A stretch of DNA of 20,431 nt from Armatimonadia bacterium. Lineage in GTDB: Bacteria; Armatimonadota; Zipacnadia; Zipacnadales; UBA11051. Numbering within the stretch: the stretch's first letter is position 1; each line of letters begins with the position of its first letter. Below the pieces are notes generated by a model that worked only from the letters and a program-made list of their open reading frames with translations, was not told the origin of the DNA and made no database searches. Both the position numbers and the translations under genes were made by a program. This document shows, piece after piece, positions 1-7,251 of this stretch. The stretch covers positions 1 to 20,431 of the forward strand of contig JBDKRC010000252.1 of assembly GCA_039683575.1 (NCBI GenBank), given 5' to 3'.

Positions 1-69
1 CTCCGTACCCCGCCGGCCGGTATCACTGACCCACCCGAGCGGCGGGGTACGGAGCCCCCGCCCTACAGC
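1..69. repeat. REP doublet (REPIN-like), left arm cut by window edge
   Basis: 1-15 CTCCGTACCCCGCCG and 40-69 CGGCGGGGTACGGAGCCCCCGCCCTACAGC are inverted arms identical to those at 7146-7227. The 24-nt spacer differs. Lies just downstream of the dciA stop. Confidence 0.9.
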
Positions 70-95
70 ACGGCAGACGGCCACGACCGCCCCTC

Positions 96-719
96 CTACC
101 CCTGGTAAATGTGATCCTGCGTCGCCACCCGACAAGCGAAACACAGCTTGGTCAGGTCGGGATGCAGCACCCCGCACCGCTCGCAGACCTTGTAGCCTCG
201 CCGGGCCTTCCACTGGCGCAGACGTGCCTGCCGCTGCACGGTTCGCCGCCAGCGCTCGCGCAGGCCCTCATCCTCAATCAGGTTGATCTCAAGCTCGGCC
301 TGCCGCCACTCCTCCGCGGGCACGTCCTCCTCGGCCAGTTCGGCGTCGGCCACAGCCGGCTCGGGGTCTTCCGGCAGGTTGATCCGGTCGCGCTTGCGAC
401 TGGACCCGACGCTGGCAGCCCGCAGGCTCGTGACGAACTTCCCACCCAGCCGCTCATTCAGCCGTGCGATGACCTGCTCCTGGTCATACTGCAACTGCTG
501 GGCCAGCGCGGGGGTATCGCAGCAGATCTTCAGCTCGGTGCCATTGAGCCCGACCACACGGCTGCTGCGGGCATACCAGTGCCCGACAACCTGCGGCCAG
601 ATCTCGGCGCAAAGACCGCTCTTGCTGCGCTCAAGCTGCCCGCCCTCGGCCAGGTACTGGCTCACCATATGCCCGAGCCGACCAAGCTTGCCGTCGCGAA
701 CAGTAAGACCGCGCTTCAT
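96..719 (-). CDS. dciA: DUF721/DciA family protein (replicative helicase loader) with C-terminal Zn-ribbon
   Basis: WPQVVG...LKICCDTPALAQQLQY...RLNERLG matches the DUF721 pattern. C-terminal CERC-x10-CFAC. Position downstream of dnaA-dnaN-recF is typical. Confidence 0.8.
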   Translation of the reverse strand: MKRGLTVRDGKLGRLGHMVSQYLAEGGQLERSKSGLCAEIWPQVVGHWYARSSRVVGLNGTELKICCDTPALAQQLQYDQEQVIARLNERLGGKFVTSLRAASVGSSRKRDRINLPEDPEPAVADAELAEEDVPAEEWRQAELEINLIEDEGLRERWRRTVQRQARLRQWKARRGYKVCERCGVLHPDLTKLCFACRVATQDHIYQG

Positions 720-725
720 GCGGTT

Positions 726-754
726 AGTATAGCTTGAATTGGGGTGAAGTGCAA
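726..754 (-). promoter_or_regulatory. sigma70-type promoter of dciA, probably leaderless
   Basis: Minus strand TTGCAC (754-749) N17 TATACT (731-726), then 6 nt to the ATG at 719. No SD. Confidence 0.7.
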
Positions 755-768
755 AGGCGGGGGCGCGG

Positions 769-2511
769 TCAGGGAGTTGTCGGATCGTGGGCTCTGGCCT
801 CGCCGGGGAGGGCGACCGTCGTCGAGTGCGGCGCCCATAGGGGGACCTTCTCCGGCCACGGCGCGGGAGTGCCGGGCCTGTCGAGGAAGATCCCGGCGAA
901 GATGAGGTTTATGGCGAGATTGCGCCATAGCCGGAAGCGCAGCTTCTGCGGGCCAGAGGCAGCGAAGCGGTAGTACGTGCCGCGCACGAAGTTCCGCACT
1001 TCGGCGCCAGTCTGATACCGTCCCGCCTCGTCATAGACCGAGATCGTGTAGACCCGTTCCGGCTCGTAATAGTTGCGGTCATTCACAAAGTACAGGCTGA
1101 TGACATGCTCGCCCTCGGGCACTGGCACCTCCAGCAGCAGGTCCGGCCCAGTGCCCGGCGGATACGCCTCGCCGCGGTCATCCCAGTTCGCCGCCCGGCG
1201 CACCTTCGACAGCGGGTTGTACAGCAGCGACCGGTGCTCTGTTGAGCGGCTCGTAACCCAGTACCGCGTCGTCTCCTTGGGGTTGCCCACGGACGGGATG
1301 ACTTCCCATCGCGTGGGTGGGTTCGTCCCGAACCCGCACCCTCCCGCCACATCCTGCGGCGCCTGCTGGGCGCAGAGGATGAACGCCTCCCGTCCATAGC
1401 GCAAATACCAGTCCCCCTGCGTAGCCCGATCCTCGCCGAGGTAGCGCACCGTCGCGTGAGTGGGGCTCGGCTGGCTGCTCTCCTCCAGCATCCTCACCCG
1501 CTTCGCCGCATACCCCGCCTCCCCCGCGAGGGCCTTGTCGCTGCTCTTGGCGCAAGCCGCATAGCCCTCGGTCGCCTCCGCAAACCACCCGGTAAACTCG
1601 TCACACTGCGCCAGCCGAAACGAGCACCAGTCCTGAACCTGCGCCTCCCGGCACTCCCCCGCCAGAGCCGCATAGGCGCGCCGGGCCTGATCGTAACGCC
1701 CCCGGCTCAGGGCCAACTCCGCCAGGCCGAACTGCGCCGCATGACGCAGCAACGGCGACTGGTCCGCCAGAGCCCTCAGCAGCGCCTCCGCCCCCTGCGG
1801 TCCGTCGTCACAGCCGACGCGATGCTGCCACTGCGCCGCCTCCAGGAGCGCCAGATGGCCGAAGTACTGGTCGGGATAGTCGCGGGCGAGGCGCAAAAAG
1901 AAGCGCGCGGAGTTCGCATCATCGGCAAAGACAGCCCCCTCCTCAGCCCGCCGCCACCGCGCCACGAGCGCCTCCATGTTCTCCGTCAGTGCCTCAGAGC
2001 GTAGGGGCCGCGCCAGGACGTGCCGAGCCAGGAGGGGCCGACCTCTGGAAAGGAGGGGCCGAGCTTTAGCCGGCCCAAACCCGTCCAAGGTACCTCTCGC
2101 CACCATCGCAACCTCCCTCTCGCCCCCGCCCCCCGCACGCAAAAGCCGCTCGCTGCAGGTCACGACACGCCGAGGGTCCCGGTCGTGCAAAAGGCAGGTG
2201 AAGTCCAAAGGCGCAGGCCGCTGCCGGGGCAACTGCGCCTGCGCCTGAGCCAACTCCGTGAACGTCCGCACCAGCACAGCGGCGTCAGTGGGCGAGGCGA
2301 TCTTGTTGAGGTGGGGCTGATTAACCGGGAACTTGGTGCGGAAGGGGCGTGTGCGGTCGGCCTGAATCCAGGAAGCTGTGGCCGAGGACGTGCAAGCAGG
2401 TGCAGCAGCCAACGAGGGGCAGGAAGATAGGAGCGCAATGATCGAAAGAGCGGCAAAGGGGATCCGCGTTTGTCGGATGCTGGTTGCCGAGCGACTACTT
2501 ATCTGGTGCAT
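769..2511 (-). CDS. Exported hypothetical protein: TPR-like helical region plus C-terminal beta-sandwich domain
   Basis: Hydrophobic N-terminal signal (IPFAALSIIALLSSCPSLAA). TPR-like segments (AQFGLAELALSRGRYDQARRAY; FRLAQCDEFTGWFAEATEGY). Beta-rich C-terminal domain (YLGEDRATQGDW..YG; ISLYF; AGIFLD). Start overlaps the upstream stop. Confidence 0.7.
   Translation of the reverse strand: MHQISSRSATSIRQTRIPFAALSIIALLSSCPSLAAAPACTSSATASWIQADRTRPFRTKFPVNQPHLNKIASPTDAAVLVRTFTELAQAQAQLPRQRPAPLDFTCLLHDRDPRRVVTCSERLLRAGGGGEREVAMVARGTLDGFGPAKARPLLSRGRPLLARHVLARPLRSEALTENMEALVARWRRAEEGAVFADDANSARFFLRLARDYPDQYFGHLALLEAAQWQHRVGCDDGPQGAEALLRALADQSPLLRHAAQFGLAELALSRGRYDQARRAYAALAGECREAQVQDWCSFRLAQCDEFTGWFAEATEGYAACAKSSDKALAGEAGYAAKRVRMLEESSQPSPTHATVRYLGEDRATQGDWYLRYGREAFILCAQQAPQDVAGGCGFGTNPPTRWEVIPSVGNPKETTRYWVTSRSTEHRSLLYNPLSKVRRAANWDDRGEAYPPGTGPDLLLEVPVPEGEHVISLYFVNDRNYYEPERVYTISVYDEAGRYQTGAEVRNFVRGTYYRFAASGPQKLRFRLWRNLAINLIFAGIFLDRPGTPAPWPEKVPLWAPHSTTVALPGEARAHDPTTP
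1310..1341 (+). repeat. REP palindrome inside CDS (in-frame)
   Basis: 31/32 identical to intergenic 11829-11860. GTGG followed by hairpin GTGGGTTCG-TCC-CGAACCCGC. Confidence 0.85.
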
Positions 2512-3412
2512 TCAGAAAGGGGCCTCCCGTTGCTTCTAATGACTTGATTCTGATGGACAACTGCTTAAGAGCTTCGATTCTTAGGGGATCGCCATCGTTC
2601 GCCTGCGCCTTTCGAATGTCGGGCATGATCGCGGGCCCCATCTCAGAGAGCAGCCTCATCAGCGCCCCATTTCGTGCTGATTCCGAGGTCTTGAACCCCG
2701 GGTGTGCCCAGTCCCATGCATGCCCCTCTCCGCTGGCGCTTAGACGCTTGAGAAGGAACCTGGCACGGTCTCGAGTATCAGTGACATCATCGCGGCGCAT
2801 CTCATGTAGTAGAAGGACGGCCCAGGCCTTCTCCTGCATGAATGCATCAATCCGGCCGTACCACTTGCCCTCAGTGGCCAGACTCTGGAGGAGATTCGTT
2901 ACAGCCGCATCCCCGGGCCAAGCCTGAAGCGCTTCCAAGCCGTGATCAATGATGCCGGCGTATTCCCCGTCACGACCGATGTATCGTTTTGTCTTCGGGC
3001 CTCTTCTGAGGGCTCTCTGCAGTGTGTCCAGCACAACCCGCTTGGCCTCTTCGGTGCCTATACCACCCAAGGCCAAGAGGGCTTTCGCGGCAGGTGTTCC
3101 GGTTCCGTGGACCGGTGATGGCCCTCGTCGTATGATCACCTTCTCCAAAGCGTTGACTACGGCGGGGTCCTTCATGTGGCCTAGCTTCTGTACCGCTGCT
3201 GCTCGGACTTGCTCGTCGCGGTTGGCTAACAGAGAAATTAGCTCCGGAGCTGTGTTAGCCATTCGCACCGCACTAGATCGGTCACCCCACCTGCCAACTT
3301 CGCCGGCGGATGGCGCAGCGTCCGTAGGTACGGGCCTCTGTCGCGACCGGTCACCGCACCCGTTCAAGGTCGCCAATAGAGTCAGTGACACTATCCCTAC
3401 GATGGCGCGCAT
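2495..3412 (-). CDS. HEAT-repeat lipoprotein
   Basis: Likely start ATG 3412 gives MRAIVGIVSLTLLATLNG-C (lipobox-like). HEAT-like repeat LISLLANRDEQVRAAAVQKLGHMKDPAVVNAL and AAKALLALGGIGTEEA. The ORF track start is 3454. Confidence 0.7.
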   Translation of the reverse strand: MRAIVGIVSLTLLATLNGCGDRSRQRPVPTDAAPSAGEVGRWGDRSSAVRMANTAPELISLLANRDEQVRAAAVQKLGHMKDPAVVNALEKVIIRRGPSPVHGTGTPAAKALLALGGIGTEEAKRVVLDTLQRALRRGPKTKRYIGRDGEYAGIIDHGLEALQAWPGDAAVTNLLQSLATEGKWYGRIDAFMQEKAWAVLLLHEMRRDDVTDTRDRARFLLKRLSASGEGHAWDWAHPGFKTSESARNGALMRLLSEMGPAIMPDIRKAQANDGDPLRIEALKQLSIRIKSLEATGGPFLNAPDK

Positions 3413-3428
3413 TCTACTGGCTCTATGG

Positions 3429-5828
3429 TTACTCCAAAACATTGGCACGTCCATTCTTGCCGCTGGCCGACCAGTCAGCGGATGCGTCTACAGGGCCAGG
3501 AGAGAATTCCGCCCTATGAGCTAGAAACTCATCGTCCCCAAATCTCGTGTAGTTGGGCTTATCTTTGAACTGCTGACCCATACCGTACGTGTCTCTCTTG
3601 TTGGGATTGAGGTTGTAGCCAGCGGCCAACTCATAGTCATCACTCAATCCATCCTCATCGCTATCGACTCCAATGTTGTTCAGGTCGTTCTCCTTGTGCT
3701 TCAGTTCGTGGGCGCATACCTCCGCGCAGCAATCCACTCCCACCCCGTCGCCACCCACTTGCCATTGCTCACCGGTATCCGAATTGGTAGCTTTCCAAGT
3801 GGGGCTATTCGCCCCGGCAGCGCCATCACCGACTTTGAGGAACCCGGTAGCGGGGTCATATAAGCCTGTAGCAACGAAACGGTCATACGTGAAGTGGGTT
3901 AGGTCTGTGACTACACCTTGACGCCAGTAGTAGTACCAGTTTGGGGTCCATGCGACCGGATTTGGATTTTGACCAGGGTGGTTCAGGCCATCGGCCGGAA
4001 AGAAGATCTTGAAAGTCTTGCTAGTTGACGATGCAACCAACGGATGCGAGAGAGTGAGGGTCTTGGCGCCAAAGTCAGAGTTGTTCTCAGGAAGCCTCTC
4101 GAAACGCAACTCAATCGCTTCACCGCGCGCCGATGCAGGAAGAGTAGTAAGGATGGATGATCCGACGCTGAACGGAGCCCAGATGAGACCTCCGTTGAGC
4201 ATGCCCAGTATGTTTCCCTCCGCATCTTTAACGCGCCCTCTCGCCCGGACTTTGCAGACGCCGGGTGCGGCCGTGTTGAAGCTGAGGTTGAAATTCGAAT
4301 CAGGCGGGGGAGCAGGCTCATATATCTCCACGCTTGCCGGCGGCCCCGGAATGGTATCCAGATAGCATCCCTTCGGAAGCACCGGCTTAGCCTTCCCGTC
4401 CCGGTTGTTCGCCGCCCGCTCGGCCGTCTCGGTTGCCGTAATAACCGCCCAGAACGCACCATACCCAATGTCCAGTTCGTACTCCACCTCGTGGTAGCCC
4501 GCCTCCGTTGGCAGGTCCAGCTCTAGTGTCTTCGGTCCCTTGATCTCCAGCTTCGGCGAGTCCAGCGGGAATGCTGCTGTGTAGCCAATCTTGCCCTTCA
4601 GCTTCAGCGTGTCCCAGTCTATCGTGAGCGGAACAACACTGTGAACGTTACTGATCAGGTCCGCCTTGTCCGTGTCCGCGCATGGCGCCCCATGCTCGCC
4701 GGTGATCTTGAATGTGTATAGCCCGTAGGTGTCGGGGCTCTCGGGCATCCCGAGGTTGGGGCTCCAGTCGTACGTCGCTGCCTTGTTGAGCTCCCTCGTG
4801 ACTGTCTCCTGGGCGATAGGATCGCCGCCCGAGAGGTTGAAGATTTGGACTAAGGCGCTGTATATCTTCCCAACTCCAGCGGCGTCATCTTCGAGATGTG
4901 TGCTGCTCCACGAGAGGGTGTGCTTGGTCTCCCCCGGATGATGCTCGATCACCAGCGGCTCGCCGCTGTCTATGACGAGGTTGTTCGGCGTCCAAGACTT
5001 GCCCTTGATAGGCAGGATCTGCGTGTAGGGTGCTTCGCCCCCAGGTGGCGGTGGCACCTCAAGCGACACCTCAGCCGTCCATTCGACCGCCTCACCGTTC
5101 TTGTCCCCGCTGGTGGTCCAGTTGCAGTATGCGATTGTCCACAACTCGTCGCCGATCACCTCATACTGGAAGCACTGCACCATTCCATACTGCTCGATTG
5201 GTACCCCGTGAACGGTTCGCCAGAACCTGGGCACGCCCCAGATGGCGCCAGCGGCTTCCAATGCCTTGCTGCTGACCCGCAACACCACACAGACGTCATC
5301 ACTGACCTCGCCGCCGAACTTGGGGCCGTTCCAGCCCCCGTTTCGTGCCTCCCATTGGAAGGCGGCTGCCAACCCCTCGCTTCCGGGCACCCCTATGACT
5401 GTGTCCAGGGTATCCTGGCCTGTTAGCGCTTGAGTTGCAACTGTCCCGCGTGGTCCGGCTGAGTTGCCGGCCAGAGGTTGCGATGCTCCCCCATACGTGG
5501 CAGTCACAGTGACGCGGTACTTACCGCAAGCCATGAACTTGTGTTTCGCCGGGTTATCTGCGGAATGCGCACTTCCGTCCCCGAAGTCCCAGTCCCATGT
5601 GACCTCCCCACCAGGAAGCTCCACGCCCTCTATGAACGCCACCGCCTCGAAGTCGTACTCCTTGCCAACATCAAACACGACCTGATCGTCAACGGGCTTG
5701 ATGATCTCCACCGTAATCGTCGCCGCCGCCCCGACTGCAGGCACCAAAAAAGCGCAGCCGTAAAGGACTGCGCCCAAGATTGCCATCACCGGGATATGGA
5801 TTGCTGAGGTCTGCCGCGTGCGCCGCAT
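3429..5828 (-). CDS. Exported PKD-domain protein with C-terminal HExxH zincin-like domain and DxDxDG Ca-binding motif
   Basis: Signal peptide. PKD signature WDWDFGDGS...H.F...GKYRVTVTAT. CAHELKH (HELKH at 3710-3696), DSDEDGLSDDYE and downstream DEFLAHRAE. SD-like AAAGGGGGGAG upstream. Confidence 0.75.
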   Translation of the reverse strand: MRRTRQTSAIHIPVMAILGAVLYGCAFLVPAVGAAATITVEIIKPVDDQVVFDVGKEYDFEAVAFIEGVELPGGEVTWDWDFGDGSAHSADNPAKHKFMACGKYRVTVTATYGGASQPLAGNSAGPRGTVATQALTGQDTLDTVIGVPGSEGLAAAFQWEARNGGWNGPKFGGEVSDDVCVVLRVSSKALEAAGAIWGVPRFWRTVHGVPIEQYGMVQCFQYEVIGDELWTIAYCNWTTSGDKNGEAVEWTAEVSLEVPPPPGGEAPYTQILPIKGKSWTPNNLVIDSGEPLVIEHHPGETKHTLSWSSTHLEDDAAGVGKIYSALVQIFNLSGGDPIAQETVTRELNKAATYDWSPNLGMPESPDTYGLYTFKITGEHGAPCADTDKADLISNVHSVVPLTIDWDTLKLKGKIGYTAAFPLDSPKLEIKGPKTLELDLPTEAGYHEVEYELDIGYGAFWAVITATETAERAANNRDGKAKPVLPKGCYLDTIPGPPASVEIYEPAPPPDSNFNLSFNTAAPGVCKVRARGRVKDAEGNILGMLNGGLIWAPFSVGSSILTTLPASARGEAIELRFERLPENNSDFGAKTLTLSHPLVASSTSKTFKIFFPADGLNHPGQNPNPVAWTPNWYYYWRQGVVTDLTHFTYDRFVATGLYDPATGFLKVGDGAAGANSPTWKATNSDTGEQWQVGGDGVGVDCCAEVCAHELKHKENDLNNIGVDSDEDGLSDDYELAAGYNLNPNKRDTYGMGQQFKDKPNYTRFGDDEFLAHRAEFSPGPVDASADWSASGKNGRANVLE

Positions 5829-5861
5829 CGCACTCCCCCCTTTGTTGTTGACATCAATAGG

Positions 5862-5892
5862 AGCCTATCACCCCCCCCCCCGCGCTTGTCAA
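5862..5892 (-). promoter_or_regulatory. sigma70-type promoter with poly-G spacer for the 3-gene module
   Basis: Minus strand TTGACA (5892-5887), 19-nt spacer containing G11, then TG-A-TAGGCT (extended -10; hexamer 5867-5862). Confidence 0.65.
5871..5881. repeat. C11/G11 homopolymer (simple sequence repeat)
   Basis: 11 consecutive C on the + strand, the longest homopolymer I saw in the window. Confidence 0.9.
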
Positions 5893-5959
5893 GACCCATT
5901 CTGCGCTATTGCCGGAGGCGCCATGCGCCGCGGGCCTCCCTCTCGTCGCAGGGCGAGCT

Positions 5960-7111
5960 TCACCCCTCCCACGCCTCCACCCTCCCGCCTCGCACCTCAA
6001 GAACCTGTGCCTCCGCCCGGTCCTGCAGCGCCGGGTCGAGCTTCGCGCTCGTGACGATCAGCCCGTCCAGCGTCGCCCCCAGGTCCAGGACTGCCTTAGC
6101 GCGCGTCGGGTCAAGCTCCGACAGGCAGTCATCGAGCAAGAGCAGGGGCGGCTCGTCGCTCCACTCCTGCGTCACCCGCGCCTGGCCCAGTTTGAGACTC
6201 AGTGCCGCCGTGCGCTGCTGTCCCTGCGAGCCGTACTGGCGCACCGACGCCCCGTTCACATTAACCTGAAGCTCATCCCGGTGCGGACCCACCAGCGTCG
6301 TTCCGCGCCGCACCTCCAAGTCGGCCAGATCCGCCAGGCGCTGCCGGAAATGCGCCCCAGCCGTTGCCTCATCCGGTGCCTCCGCGAGCTCCCCGTGGTA
6401 CTCCAGCGACAACGTCTCCTCCGCGCCGATCAGATGGTGTACCTCCCCCGCATGCTGCGACAGCGCCAACACAAACCGTTGCCGAGCCAGCGCCACCGCG
6501 GCCCCGGATTGCACCAGTTGCTCCGTCCACGCCTCCAACTCGCCCAGCCCACCACTCCCGCGTAGTGCGGGCGTCCCGCCCGCGCGCCCCAGCGTCTTCA
6601 GAAGCTCATTACGCTGCCGCAAGGCCCGCCGGTAGCGCGTCAGATCATCGAGATAGCGCGGCTGCAGTTGCGCGAGGGCAGTGTTGAGAAAGCGCCGCCG
6701 CAGACCAGGGCCGCCCTTGATGATCGCGAGGTCGTCGGGGGCAAACATCACGACCTGCGCGTGGCCGATCATCTGCGCGGCCGTCGGCACAACCTCACCC
6801 TCGACCTCCAGACGCTTGGGGTTGGCCCCTACGGCGCACGAGGGATCGAGGCCGACTGCCAGCCGCAACTCCCGCTCCCGCCGCGTCACGAACAGCCCCT
6901 CCACGCGCCCTACCTGCGCGCCCCAGCGCACGAGTTCGCAGTCGCTGTTGGTGCGCGGCGACTTGGTGGCGGCGAGCAGGTACATAGCCTCCAGCAGGCT
7001 GGTCTTGCCGGCGGCGTTAGGGCCGACAAACACTGTTAGCCCCGCCTGCAGTTCAAGCTGCAGGCTCTCGTAGACGCGGAAGTTGTGGAGGGTCAGGCGG
7101 CGGAGGTACAT
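5960..7111 (-). CDS. recF: DNA replication/repair protein RecF
   Basis: LHNFRVY, Walker A GPNAAGKTSLLEA, GGPGLRRRFLN, GPHRDEL, GSQGQQRTAALSLKL, LLLDDCLSELD. Follows dnaN. Confidence 0.97.
   Translation of the reverse strand: MYLRRLTLHNFRVYESLQLELQAGLTVFVGPNAAGKTSLLEAMYLLAATKSPRTNSDCELVRWGAQVGRVEGLFVTRRERELRLAVGLDPSCAVGANPKRLEVEGEVVPTAAQMIGHAQVVMFAPDDLAIIKGGPGLRRRFLNTALAQLQPRYLDDLTRYRRALRQRNELLKTLGRAGGTPALRGSGGLGELEAWTEQLVQSGAAVALARQRFVLALSQHAGEVHHLIGAEETLSLEYHGELAEAPDEATAGAHFRQRLADLADLEVRRGTTLVGPHRDELQVNVNGASVRQYGSQGQQRTAALSLKLGQARVTQEWSDEPPLLLLDDCLSELDPTRAKAVLDLGATLDGLIVTSAKLDPALQDRAEAQVLEVRGGRVEAWEG
6562..6583 (+). repeat. GTAG REP palindrome inside recF (in-frame)
   Basis: GTAG-T-GCGGGCG-TCC-CGCCCGC, a perfect 7-bp stem. 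Read on the coding strand as AGGTPALR. Confidence 0.7.
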
Positions 7112-7145
7112 CGGTATAGTTGGCTCCTCAGCCGGTAGCGGAAAC

Positions 7146-7227
7146 GCTGTAGGGCGGGGGCTCCGTACCCCGCCGGCCGTTGTTTCAGAGAACTCAGCGG
7201 CGGGGTACGGAGCCCCCGCCCTACAGC
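7146..7227. repeat. REP doublet (REPIN-like)
   Basis: Perfect 30-bp inverted repeat GCTGTAGGGCGGGGGCTCCGTACCCCGCCG (7146-7175 / 7198-7227) with 22-nt spacer. Each arm has GTAG plus internal palindrome GGCGGGG...CCCCGCC. Between dnaN and recF. Confidence 0.92.
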
Positions 7228-7251
7228 AGGAGCGACAGAATGCGGCATGGA

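Noticed and set aside
5025-5058. GTAG followed by an imperfect hairpin in the PKD gene (VPPPPGGEAPY)
   Set aside because: Pro/Gly codons create such stems by chance, and there is no second copy.
720-5960. Module as a prophage or integrative element
   Set aside because: No integrase, phage gene, tRNA target or flanking direct repeat was found by eye.
6817-6832. GTAGGGGCCAACCCC (VGANP) in a recF loop as a second REP remnant
   Set aside because: Only a 4-bp stem, too short to support.
1-7227. CRISPR array or composite transposon formed by the repeats
   Set aside because: Repeats are inverted pairs 7 kb apart rather than a regular array. No cas gene, transposase or target-site duplication is visible.
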